Part shown: one piece after another, positions 36,999-45,914 of the stretch
How the letters are laid out: every line of letters begins with the position of its first letter
Numbering within the stretch: position 1 is the stretch's first letter
IMG/VR virus record: IMGVR_UViG_3300034170_000057
DNA: 64,000 bases
Source: a virus
Lineage: Duplodnaviria; Caudoviricetes
Direction: 5' to 3' (one strand)
Translations under genes and position numbers: made by a program
The notes under the pieces: model-generated
What the model saw: the letters and a program-made list of their open reading frames with translations, nothing else
Database searches by the model: none
Told to the model about the DNA's origin: nothing

Positions 36999-37813
36999 AA
37001 TACGAAATTTTCGAAGTAACCAAAGAAGATTTGAAATTCGAAATCGGCCTTATGCACAGCGACCAGCTGACCCACGCCGACGTTGCCGAAACCATGCACA
37101 TCTGTTTGTCCACCACGTTCAATACCACGTTCGACGGCGTGAAAGTTGTGGCTGCGGGTTTCTGTAGTGCTGGCCTGCCTGTGAAATGCTGGGGCCACTC
37201 TGAATCCATAAACATGCACAGCCGTGGCGATATCGACGAACTGGTTTTGATGCAGTCCAATTTGAATTTCGAAAACGTTTACGATTCGGACTTCGACTCG
37301 ATCAACAACGTGCTGCGCAATTTCTCGCAAAGCTGTGGCGCAGCTGTTGGCAATCAGTGGAACAACCAATTCGTGGTCGGCCATGAAATCACCGCCTACA
37401 ATTTGCTGGATGGTGATTTTGTCGAATTCGAAGAGGGTATGCTGCTGCGCTACAAAGGCCCGACCCTGAATGCAAACGGCCAAGCGGCGCATCTGTTTTC
37501 TGTGTCTACTACCTCGAAGTATTCGGCTGATTTCGACGGAATCTATTCTGTTGATTTCCGCATGCTGCGCGGTGTGTTCAAAGACTCGCCACTCATGCGC
37601 CTGCTGGCGAAAATGCAAAGCGGTGTGGTGTTGGTGGACAACGTTCCACAAGTGGTGAACATCACGTCGATTCATGATCCTTTCCCGCTGACGATTGATC
37701 ACGATCAGGTAATTGCGTCCTACATTCCGCTGGGCGGAGGCACGCTTGAACAACAGTTGTTCACCGGCACCATTCAACAAATCGCGAAACACTTCAATCT
37801 GTTGCACGACTGA
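36995..37813 (+). CDS. phage protein with N-terminal H...AAGF...CWGHSES motif
   Basis: THADVAE...VVAAGFC...CWGHSESINMHSR; GAGGA RBS. Confidence 0.75.
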   Translation: MKYEIFEVTKEDLKFEIGLMHSDQLTHADVAETMHICLSTTFNTTFDGVKVVAAGFCSAGLPVKCWGHSESINMHSRGDIDELVLMQSNLNFENVYDSDFDSINNVLRNFSQSCGAAVGNQWNNQFVVGHEITAYNLLDGDFVEFEEGMLLRYKGPTLNANGQAAHLFSVSTTSKYSADFDGIYSVDFRMLRGVFKDSPLMRLLAKMQSGVVLVDNVPQVVNITSIHDPFPLTIDHDQVIASYIPLGGGTLEQQLFTGTIQQIAKHFNLLHD

Positions 37814-38307
37814 TGTTTTTCTCGTATGAAAGCGCATGGCGAGAAATGAAACGCGCCAACGATTGCGGTGGTAGAGCATCCATGTCAAAGCGCTGGTATG
37901 GGTGGGTAGTTGTTGACGATCCTGTTTATGAAATCGAGAAACCGCAAATGAAAATGTACGTCCTGCTTTACCCAAAACCTGCGTGCCTGCGTATCGTTGC
38001 AGAACAGGCCGCACGATACGCACCGAACGCAATTATCACCAAGGCGCAAATCGACCAGTACATCAAATTTCTGGCGGGTAGCGCGTTTAAACTCGAAGGC
38101 TACATCTGCCTGAAAGTTGTGTGCGATGTTTTGCCGAAAGCCTACATGGAACCGGCAGAGGAAATCTTTGTTGCTGACGATCAGAATAATCTGACCAGCT
38201 TCAAATCTCGCCATGCCAAAAAAGATGCGCATCACACGGCCTACGTTGCGCTGCATGAGGTCTACCCGAAACTCACGCTGACCACCGCCGCGAAGAAAGA
38301 GGGCTAA
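37813..38307 (+). CDS. hypothetical protein
   Basis: TGATG overlap, 164 aa. Confidence 0.7.
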   Translation: MFFSYESAWREMKRANDCGGRASMSKRWYGWVVVDDPVYEIEKPQMKMYVLLYPKPACLRIVAEQAARYAPNAIITKAQIDQYIKFLAGSAFKLEGYICLKVVCDVLPKAYMEPAEEIFVADDQNNLTSFKSRHAKKDAHHTAYVALHEVYPKLTLTTAAKKEG

Positions 38308-38308
38308 A

Positions 38309-39088
38309 ATGAAAGTGTTGAAAACGTTGTTGAAAGGCGAAGAACGCTTCGAACTTCTGGAGGCGTTGCGTGCCCTCGGTTTGCGTCTGGTTTTTGTTGC
38401 TGAAACTGGCAGCAAAGCGTGGGGCACGGATACCGAAAATTCCGATCACGATTTCACCGTAGTGGCGCACGATGTTGACTTTGATATCTATCGTTACCCG
38501 CGTGATTCCTTCTCACAGAAAATCACATTCAAAGGTCAGGAATGTGACGTGCGTGTTTTCAGCGTAGCGAAGTTTTTGCGTAAGCTGCAAAAGTCTGTGC
38601 TGGTTGGGTACGAAGCAATCAACTCGCCGTATGTTTATTTCGGCACCGACCGTACCCGCGACACTTTCAAACGTGTCAGTGAGGCGTGCTTTGATCCGCG
38701 TGAAATGTTCCGGTCTATTCTCGGTAGCATGAGCAGCGTCAAACATGAAGACGATGCAAAACGTCGTCGCCAGCTTTTCCGGTACATGTTTATCGCTTTG
38801 CAGTTGAACGATTACCGTAATGGTCGCGGGCAAATGTTCCCGGTTGTTAATATCGAGCAATACCACGGGCTATGTAAATCGCCTGTGTCTGCACAGCAGG
38901 CTATCGGGCGCTTGAATCAGTGGGCCACAGCTGAACTGCCCACCGAGCAGGGAAACGAAAATGCGGATTCCATCGTGAGCATGCTGTTTGGTACGGATTA
39001 TCCGAAGTTGGTCACGCACAAACAAGATGAACACCGCGAATTTCTCAACGCAGCTTTCTACGACCTCATGAGCAGCACTAAACCATGA
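38309..39088 (+). CDS. DNA polymerase beta-superfamily nucleotidyltransferase (RlaP/YcgL-like)
   Basis: VFVAETGSKAWGTDTENSDHDFTVV = hGS-x9-DxD; third Asp in ECDVRVF. Confidence 0.85.
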   Translation: MKVLKTLLKGEERFELLEALRALGLRLVFVAETGSKAWGTDTENSDHDFTVVAHDVDFDIYRYPRDSFSQKITFKGQECDVRVFSVAKFLRKLQKSVLVGYEAINSPYVYFGTDRTRDTFKRVSEACFDPREMFRSILGSMSSVKHEDDAKRRRQLFRYMFIALQLNDYRNGRGQMFPVVNIEQYHGLCKSPVSAQQAIGRLNQWATAELPTEQGNENADSIVSMLFGTDYPKLVTHKQDEHREFLNAAFYDLMSSTKP

Positions 39089-39420
39089 CTGACCAAACTC
39101 AAGAATTCCCGGTAGTGACCGGCGACCGTATGGCATTCAGTGCCCGTCGCAATTCCATCAAAGCGCTGGTGAAACGCGCCAACCGTATCGGCACGCCCAT
39201 TCCGGAATTTGTGTGGGACGCGCTGAATAATCGCTACCTGCGCAAAATGCTTAATTGGAAAGCGCGCTACAACCGCCAGCGCCAGCATGCCCTGCAATTG
39301 CAAAACAAGCTGACTGAAAAGAACGCCTACATTCTGGAACTGCACGCCGAAATCAAATTACTCGACGAAGGCATTCAGCATATGCAGAAAACCGGCAGTT
39401 CGGATTTCTTCGCCAAGTAA
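39085..39420 (+). CDS. coiled-coil hypothetical protein
   Basis: 111 aa, ATGA overlap. Confidence 0.7.
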   Translation: MTDQTQEFPVVTGDRMAFSARRNSIKALVKRANRIGTPIPEFVWDALNNRYLRKMLNWKARYNRQRQHALQLQNKLTEKNAYILELHAEIKLLDEGIQHMQKTGSSDFFAK

Positions 39421-39434
39421 TTGGGGATCGCAAA

Positions 39435-39731
39435 ATGGCAAAGCCTAGCCTGCTGGCAAAATCACGCCAGACGAAACAAGACGTGGACCTCATTTTCAAC
39501 CAGATTCGTAATGCGCAGACTTTGGCTAAGCAACGGGGATTCATTTCGCCCGTTGTGGAAATAGAAGGTGGGTGGGCGCTAAGCATTTGGGCAAACGGCA
39601 TTCGCCTTGCGCTCATTGAACACGCGAAGGCAGGTAACAGCGTTACCCGTTTCTACGACAAGAAGGGCGCAACCATACGCGTGACCACGGATGGCCCAGT
39701 GCCCGCCGTGCGCCAGTGCTACGCGCTGTAA
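39435..39731 (+). CDS. hypothetical protein
   Basis: GGGGA RBS, 98 aa. Confidence 0.7.
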   Translation: MAKPSLLAKSRQTKQDVDLIFNQIRNAQTLAKQRGFISPVVEIEGGWALSIWANGIRLALIEHAKAGNSVTRFYDKKGATIRVTTDGPVPAVRQCYAL

Positions 39732-39740
39732 GGCCGTTAC

Positions 39741-39828
39741 TTGACCAGTAGGCCGACGAATGGTAGTGTGGCGGTTGGCCGAGTTGTGGCCGCCACATAA
39801 GCACTCACGCATTAGAGGAAGTTTAGGT
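39741..39828 (+). promoter_or_regulatory. sigma70-like promoter plus conserved leader (copy 5)
   Basis: TTGACC(39741)-N17-TAGTGT with TG extension; hairpin gtggcgg/ccgccac 39768-39796; CACTCAC 39802; GGAAGTT 39817. Confidence 0.7.
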
Positions 39829-40773
39829 ATGGGACGCAAGGTAATGGATCTGTCGGAAGCTGTAGCCGGTTCGCTGTTGGAACAGGTCGGCCCTCGGAAA
39901 TTCGCAATCGCCGTTATGAATGCAACTGCGCACGGCGGCGTATTGCACGATTGCCACACCGTCGATTTGGATTTCGACCAAGACGACGTAAAGCTGAATG
40001 CGTGGCATGAACAGCTGGAACGTTTGCTGGAAGTCGGCAAGTGGTTGGAACACGTGGACGGTAAAACGCCTGAATTCCTGCGCCACAAAGTCCGACCTGA
40101 TGATGAGTTTAGCGATAGCGATCAGCGCGACGTGGCAGATTTGAGCGTTGACGATCAAACCGTGCAGCAAATCGTGACCCTCGAAAACATCGTGTTCGAA
40201 TTGAGCGGCCACAAAATCCGCATCCTACGCAAAAACAGCGCAAAGACTTCTGTCATTCTGCGCGGTGGGCTGGTGTGGTTTGTTGACGCCGTGCGTGATC
40301 AACTGTCTTCGGACAGCGAGCTTTACGACGTATTCAAATTCGTCGCCCGCTGCATTGCGGAAGACCGTGTGAAAGTGACCCACGAAAACTGGGAATTCAC
40401 CTGCACCGCAGATGGCCGGTTAAACAAGCAGCGCAAACATAAAGGCGACGATGGAAGCGACGGTTTTGAAATCAGTATCGACGATTTGGGCGAACTGATC
40501 GAAGACCGGCTGGGTGTGCATTTCGATATCGTCGTAGGGGAAGCTAACGAAGACTTAATCGTAGAAATGGTTTGCCCGCGTTCGAAATTTATCGAAACCC
40601 TCGACAATTACGTTGAGCGCGTGCGTAGCGTTGGGTATGTGGCCGACTCACTGTTCGACCTGTACGGCCTGATCGTTAAACTGCCGTGTGTGCGCAATCG
40701 TCACGTCGGCGGCCCCGGTTCGGCTCCGATTTCGTCGCGTGTGGCGCGTCGTCGTTTGGAAGCGCTGAGCTAA
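39829..40773 (+). CDS. acidic hypothetical protein (putative early gene)
   Basis: Start moved to ATG 39829, after the leader. Confidence 0.8.
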   Translation: MGRKVMDLSEAVAGSLLEQVGPRKFAIAVMNATAHGGVLHDCHTVDLDFDQDDVKLNAWHEQLERLLEVGKWLEHVDGKTPEFLRHKVRPDDEFSDSDQRDVADLSVDDQTVQQIVTLENIVFELSGHKIRILRKNSAKTSVILRGGLVWFVDAVRDQLSSDSELYDVFKFVARCIAEDRVKVTHENWEFTCTADGRLNKQRKHKGDDGSDGFEISIDDLGELIEDRLGVHFDIVVGEANEDLIVEMVCPRSKFIETLDNYVERVRSVGYVADSLFDLYGLIVKLPCVRNRHVGGPGSAPISSRVARRRLEALS

Positions 40774-40783
40774 TCATTCCGTA

Positions 40784-40808
40784 GGGCCATTCGTTTTCTG
40801 AGTGGCCC
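40784..40808 (+). other. intergenic hairpin with CATTC/GAGTG core
   Basis: gggccattc-gttttct-gagtggccc. Confidence 0.6.
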
Positions 40809-40831
40809 ACTTACTTTAGGGACAATGAAAG

Positions 40832-41197
40832 ATGGAAACAGTAACTTTGAACTGGGAAGCACTAAGTGCGCTGCTGCCTGCGTTGGTGGTGTTCTTTGTT
40901 TTGGGCTGCGTGATTTACAAGATCGAGAAAGACCAAAAGCTGGAAAACAAATTGCGGAAACGCACCATCGACGAAATCTACCGCGCAGTTAATCAGGTCA
41001 GCTACCACGGTTCGATTCCCCCGGTCGCGGTAGAGCGCTTTATGTCGTACCTGCAATATCCTGATCCGACATTTGACGCAGCGTCGATCATTCGTCAGGA
41101 ACTGGATAATCAGCTCGGCGGCCCTATGGGCGGTGCAACCATAATCGTCAGCGAATCCCTCAAATACAAAGCGAGGCACGACCAAAATGTTGAATGA
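40832..41197 (+). CDS. membrane-anchored protein
   Basis: TM segment LSALLPALVVFFVLGCVIY. Confidence 0.75.
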   Translation: METVTLNWEALSALLPALVVFFVLGCVIYKIEKDQKLENKLRKRTIDEIYRAVNQVSYHGSIPPVAVERFMSYLQYPDPTFDAASIIRQELDNQLGGPMGGATIIVSESLKYKARHDQNVE

Positions 41198-41558
41198 CTA
41201 TCTGGCAAATCACGTTGTGCTGCATTGGTGGCTGTTGGTTTGTGGTGCCCTCGTGTCTTTGGCGATACTGTGGTTTTTCGCCATGTGCTGGCTGGAAATC
41301 GTCAAAGGTTTCGGTCGCGCTGTTGATTTCATGTCGTTTAAAAAGAAAGTCTGCCGTGCGGATGGCACCGAGTATAAATTCCGCATCGGCTTTTTCTTTG
41401 CCTCGTGGTTCAACCTGACCGGCTTCAGCGAAGGCACCACAATCACCGTTCCGACCGGGCACCGTTACCAAGGTTTCCGCAAGCATGTAATTCTCGGCAA
41501 ATTCACCGGGACACAAAACCCAATTCCAGACTTCGACGACGAATCCGACGAAGTTTAA
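41187..41558 (+). CDS. membrane-anchored protein
   Basis: N-terminal TM. Confidence 0.7.
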   Translation: MLNDYLANHVVLHWWLLVCGALVSLAILWFFAMCWLEIVKGFGRAVDFMSFKKKVCRADGTEYKFRIGFFFASWFNLTGFSEGTTITVPTGHRYQGFRKHVILGKFTGTQNPIPDFDDESDEV

Positions 41559-41594
41559 TTCCGCACTATCCGCCCTTGAACAAGGATCATCAAA

Positions 41595-42332
41595 ATGTAC
41601 AAACCCAAATTGCTGCATCGCGCAAGTTTCCGCTATTCCGAACTCCATCGCGGTCAAAGCGTCGAGGAAATTGTCAGCTACGAGAATATGGAAGCATCCG
41701 AGTTTTTAGGTGCTTACCCTCAAAGCGAATACCGCGTGCGCCGTGAACTGCTAGAGGGGGTTCCTTACTCGCTCGTTATTCTTTCCTGCCGTCCTGATAC
41801 GCGTGTGTCGCAGGAAGGCGAACAACCCGAATATCAGACACTGTTTGTGCAGGGAAAACGCCTCTACGCGCTTCTGGCAACCGAACGATTGCAACGTTTG
41901 GGAGGCCCGGAGGGAATCAGCGCGGGATTGCAGGATGTGTTCGACCGTAAAACACGCCTGACCCGCCCTATGGAAGAACACCGCTCTTTATGCATGTGGC
42001 ACGACGTACAGCACGATATCTATTTCAGTCCGAACGCCACGTTCCTGAAATTGGTTTATTCGATCCTGAGTCGGCCCGTGCATTACTCCAGCCATATCGA
42101 CAATGAATTGCATATCGGTGATCCTGTAGAACTGGCAATCATCCTTAATGGGCGCAGCAGCAAAAGCGTTTTCGGTATGAATGCGCGACAAGGGTTTGTT
42201 AGTAGCCTGTTACCAAATCAAGTCACGTTGAAAAAGCATGAAAAGAAATATCGCATGCCTTACGTGTACATGCTGACCCATCCAATTATCGTTTCCAACG
42301 AATCACCATATAGGGCGCCTAAAAATGTTTAA
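41595..42332 (+). CDS. hypothetical protein
   Basis: AAGGA RBS, 245 aa. Confidence 0.75.
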   Translation: MYKPKLLHRASFRYSELHRGQSVEEIVSYENMEASEFLGAYPQSEYRVRRELLEGVPYSLVILSCRPDTRVSQEGEQPEYQTLFVQGKRLYALLATERLQRLGGPEGISAGLQDVFDRKTRLTRPMEEHRSLCMWHDVQHDIYFSPNATFLKLVYSILSRPVHYSSHIDNELHIGDPVELAIILNGRSSKSVFGMNARQGFVSSLLPNQVTLKKHEKKYRMPYVYMLTHPIIVSNESPYRAPKNV

Positions 42333-42564
42333 TGGATTGCGACACGCGCTCATGAGCGACCGTAACGAAAACCCGACCGTGTTCGACCGGCTGACTGGCA
42401 ACACCGGCCAATTGTTCCTCACACCCGGCCAGCCGCATTCTGGTTATTTGAGCCGCGCACCGGAACCTCTCTGGCCGCACGAAATTGCAGCCGCGAAGAA
42501 AAAGAAAGCTAAGCGCAAACTCGAAAAGAAAATGCGTAAACAAGCGCGGGCCAAAAAGAAATGA
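42325..42564 (+). CDS. small protein with Lys/Arg-rich tail
   Basis: AAAKKKKAKRKLEKKMRKQARAKKK. Confidence 0.7.
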   Translation: MFNGLRHALMSDRNENPTVFDRLTGNTGQLFLTPGQPHSGYLSRAPEPLWPHEIAAAKKKKAKRKLEKKMRKQARAKKK

Positions 42565-42743
42565 TGCTCGATAAATATGTGATCGAGATTATGGACCGCA
42601 CTGCCCGGTTGGGTACGCAGATAATGCCGGTGCTGCAAAGTTGTTTCAGGGACCGACCGGAAGACGTGCGCAAAAAGTGCGTGCCTTCTAAAACCAAACG
42701 GGCGCACCTGCGCGCTGCACGAAAAGCTAAGGCCAAAAAATGA
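42561..42743 (+). CDS. small basic protein
   Basis: KTKRAHLRAARKAKAKK; ATGA overlaps. Confidence 0.65.
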   Translation: MMLDKYVIEIMDRTARLGTQIMPVLQSCFRDRPEDVRKKCVPSKTKRAHLRAARKAKAKK

Positions 42744-43303
42744 ATGTAGTCTGCCATTCGTACACCAGTAGTCACGCCCTAAAATATTGTGCTGCAATGC
42801 TGCTTGCGGAACGTATGTTCGAAGAGAGCGGCCAGATGCAGGATTCGTGGGAACGTATCGCAAAGACCGGCAAAGACGCACGCCGCGCCGTGGTGATCCT
42901 CGTTGCATGGGCTGGGGTGAATCTGGATAAGGTTGTGGGCTGTTTGCTGTATGACCCGGTACGAAGCCGCGCCCAGTTCTACGTCAAGCCTGCACAGCGC
43001 CGCAAGGGCATTGCAGGTCAATTGCTCAAACGTCTGCGGGGCATGGAAAACTTCGGCAACCGGGTTATCGAAGCGGTACAGGGTTATCCGGGTTCTATGG
43101 AATTCTTTGGCAAGCATTTCGTTTATGTGGCGGATGATGCTTTTTCGGAAGCCGAAATAAATGAGGTAGCAATCGAAATTCGTATGGACGCCAACGATAC
43201 CCGGAAGCTGACAAGGTGGAGCGCAATCCACGAAATCCAAATACGGCGCAAACGTGCGTTCCGTCTGAACTACATGAAAGTAAAAAAGGCAGGTCTGATA
43301 TGA
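42740..43303 (+). CDS. GNAT-family acetyltransferase
   Basis: VVGCLLY...QFYVKPAQRRKGIAGQLL = motif A (R/Q-x-x-G-x-A). Confidence 0.8.
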   Translation: MNVVCHSYTSSHALKYCAAMLLAERMFEESGQMQDSWERIAKTGKDARRAVVILVAWAGVNLDKVVGCLLYDPVRSRAQFYVKPAQRRKGIAGQLLKRLRGMENFGNRVIEAVQGYPGSMEFFGKHFVYVADDAFSEAEINEVAIEIRMDANDTRKLTRWSAIHEIQIRRKRAFRLNYMKVKKAGLI

Positions 43304-43935
43304 GCTTCGGTAAATCGTTCAAAGCCGTGGTCGAAACGTGGATACGGCAACAACACGGTGCAGTCATTGCCCGCTCCAAAGAATTCAACGACAGCGGCCT
43401 CACTTTTTATATTCGCGCTGGGCGTCGTTGGGATCACGTGGCGCAGGATATAGAACAGGCTATCACCATCGTGCGTGTGGATTTGGCAACGGCCAATCGT
43501 GGTAAAGGCGTGTTTCGTGAATTCCGTTTGTGGATGGAAGACGTAGCCAGTCGTATGGCTTTCACTGCGGTTTATGTCGATCAGGTCCATTCGGAAATCC
43601 TGCAAGAATCGTTGCCACGAAATGGTTACGAGCGCGATCACACCACCGACCCGTGCGAACACATTTACCGCAAAGCCATTTTGTCGCCTGCTGCCGTGGC
43701 CTGTGCAGATGTGGAAGTTGAAGACCTAAACGTTTTCGCAATTTCCGACACAAGCACTAACCGTTATATTTCGGCGCTGGTAGGGCCAGAAATTCGCACA
43801 GCTTACAAAATCCAAAAAGCGATGCTGATCACGGGCCGGGAACTGGCCGAGGCTGTGCGCGATTCTTTGCGGGGTCCACAATCGACACGTTATTTTGTGG
43901 TGGCCGTTGCACTGTTTGAGGGGAACCGGAAATGA
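43300..43935 (+). CDS. GNAT-fold protein
   Basis: ITIVRVDLATANRGKGVFREF...VYVDQVHSEILQESLPRNGY. Confidence 0.6.
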   Translation: MSFGKSFKAVVETWIRQQHGAVIARSKEFNDSGLTFYIRAGRRWDHVAQDIEQAITIVRVDLATANRGKGVFREFRLWMEDVASRMAFTAVYVDQVHSEILQESLPRNGYERDHTTDPCEHIYRKAILSPAAVACADVEVEDLNVFAISDTSTNRYISALVGPEIRTAYKIQKAMLITGRELAEAVRDSLRGPQSTRYFVVAVALFEGNRK

Positions 43936-44189
43936 GTCAGCCTGTAGAAAAACCTGATGTAGAAAAAGCGGATAACGAAGACTACCTCTACATGATCCGC
44001 GAAAACCATTCGATGGAATATGTGGCGGTGATCACGCCGGAGTCGATTGGCACTAGCAAGCTGGGCAAACGTGCTGCGCACTGGCGCGACGAAGCGGTGG
44101 CTAAAGAACAATGCCGCATGTTGAACGAAGAACCTCACGGGCGTCATTACGTCGTGATTATTTCTCAAACTTCGGTAGGTATTCGCTAA
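43932..44189 (+). CDS. hypothetical protein
   Basis: GAGGGGA RBS, 85 aa. Confidence 0.7.
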   Translation: MSQPVEKPDVEKADNEDYLYMIRENHSMEYVAVITPESIGTSKLGKRAAHWRDEAVAKEQCRMLNEEPHGRHYVVIISQTSVGIR

Positions 44190-44480
44190 ATGGAAAGTAT
44201 TGATAGAGGCCCGCAAATTATCAGCACCACAACCAGCGGTGGGCGTAGCCAGCATATGCGTATGCTAGCCATGGCATTGGCTACGGCGTCTCCGATGCAC
44301 TCCGTGCGTGACCAAGATGAGGATAACCGCAAGCATCTGCCGTTCGGTGGTTTGAGCTACCAAAGCAGCGGGCGCAGCGGTGAAATTCGCACCAGCGGAA
44401 AAGGTGAACCGCGTGCGGCAATCAAACGTGCGAAGCGCAAGACCAAAAAGAAAATGCGTCAGCAGTCGAGGAAGAAATAA
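44190..44480 (+). CDS. small protein with Lys/Arg-rich tail
   Basis: AIKRAKRKTKKKMRQQSRKK. Confidence 0.7.
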   Translation: MESIDRGPQIISTTTSGGRSQHMRMLAMALATASPMHSVRDQDEDNRKHLPFGGLSYQSSGRSGEIRTSGKGEPRAAIKRAKRKTKKKMRQQSRKK

Positions 44481-45271
44481 TGCTTCAATCGGTTATGCAG
44501 AAAGTTGGCCCTGTAGATTTTCCGGCATTCACAGCCGAGCGGATTTACATGCGTGAATTCCGTTTGGAAACTGGCCTGCCTGAAGACCTGAAACGCTGGC
44601 AACAAACCGTCGATCAAATGCTGGTTGGCGTTGATACTGACGGCCCGATTTATTTGATGGTTGATCAGAAGTTTGTCACGGCTGCCGAAACGCACCGTCG
44701 CCCCGGCCTGCACGTCGATGGTTATTGGAACGCTGCCAAAGACATGTGGGAAAAACCGTGGAACGCGGTTTCTGCACATGGTGGAAGCACCAACGGCGGC
44801 ACGCATGGTTCACGGGGTAGCCATTCCGGCGTTGGCCGTCGTCGCGATGGTCACGGATATATTTCCGAGGAAGAATATCAGCGCCGTTTGATCGAGGAAC
44901 GCAATCGCCAGAAAGAACGCGGCGACCTCGGAAAACCACACAAGACTCCGCGCAAAAGCTACGACACTCGCAACCCGACGAAAAAAGCGGAATCGGAAAA
45001 CTGGGTGTTCGATATCAACGACCGCCCGGAAGCAATTATTCTGGCGTCGGATGTTTCTGCTAGTCGTGGGTTGCTAGGTGAATGGGATGGCCTCATTAAG
45101 CCCGGTGGCGACGTTTCCCACCTTGACCTGTCGCATATGCAGCCGGTCATTCTGGAAGCCCACACGGCCTACGCGGGCAACGTTACGTTCGTGCATGAGT
45201 CGTTGCCCTTGCTTCATGATTGCAGCCGCACGCTGGTGCGTCTGAACGTTCCTTATCACATGGTGCATTAA
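44480..45271 (+). CDS. 2OG-Fe(II) oxygenase-like protein with Gly/Arg-rich insertion
   Basis: THRRPGLHVDG (HxD), distal FVHES and RTLVRL (2OG-binding Arg). Confidence 0.7.
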   Translation: MLQSVMQKVGPVDFPAFTAERIYMREFRLETGLPEDLKRWQQTVDQMLVGVDTDGPIYLMVDQKFVTAAETHRRPGLHVDGYWNAAKDMWEKPWNAVSAHGGSTNGGTHGSRGSHSGVGRRRDGHGYISEEEYQRRLIEERNRQKERGDLGKPHKTPRKSYDTRNPTKKAESENWVFDINDRPEAIILASDVSASRGLLGEWDGLIKPGGDVSHLDLSHMQPVILEAHTAYAGNVTFVHESLPLLHDCSRTLVRLNVPYHMVH

Positions 45272-45613
45272 ATGAGACGGCGTACACCCGAACAAATCGC
45301 GATACTGATTGCAGCCCTACTAAAGCGCAGCAAAGGCAACCGCATGCGCCTGAACCGGAAAAGTATCCGGACTATCGCAAACTCCGTAGTCGGTCGGTCT
45401 ACTGCGTGGTATGCACAGATTGGCGAAGAGCTTGCGGAATTCGGTATCAGCATGTTTGAAATCTCCGATACGCATTTCGGATTTATTCACACTGCTAAAT
45501 CGGAATCTTGGACGCAGATGGGTGTTGTCCTAATCAGTGCCGATTTGGAAAATCCCGACTTCGAAAAACTGCGTGACGAAGTGTGTATTGACCCTGACCC
45601 GGAAGACGAATAA
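45272..45613 (+). CDS. single-domain relative of the 21540 repeat
   Basis: RMRLNRKSIRTIA...EELAEFGI. Confidence 0.7.
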   Translation: MRRRTPEQIAILIAALLKRSKGNRMRLNRKSIRTIANSVVGRSTAWYAQIGEELAEFGISMFEISDTHFGFIHTAKSESWTQMGVVLISADLENPDFEKLRDEVCIDPDPEDE

Positions 45614-45615
45614 TC

Positions 45616-45888
45616 ATGACTACTAAAAAGATCCGTTACTACGAAGACCAGTATGTGGCCGAAGTAAACATTAACGATGCGCCAGCTGGCGGCATGAAAA
45701 GTCAGGATATCGAACTCGCACACACTTGCGAACTCTTTGACGCAGCGGGTGTTTACCGTCCTGATCCGCTGCCTGACGTGATTCGTCGTGGCGCTGCTTT
45801 TCTGGAAGACAAAATCGCGAACGGCGAAATCAGCGCGCTCGATGTTTTCTCTTTCACCGTCCGCAAAACTGCCTTGCGCAGTATCTAA
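45616..45888 (+). CDS. hypothetical protein
   Basis: 90 aa. Confidence 0.7.
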   Translation: MTTKKIRYYEDQYVAEVNINDAPAGGMKSQDIELAHTCELFDAAGVYRPDPLPDVIRRGAAFLEDKIANGEISALDVFSFTVRKTALRSI

Positions 45889-45914
45889 CTCAAACCCGGA
45901 AAAGGATTTCTAAA

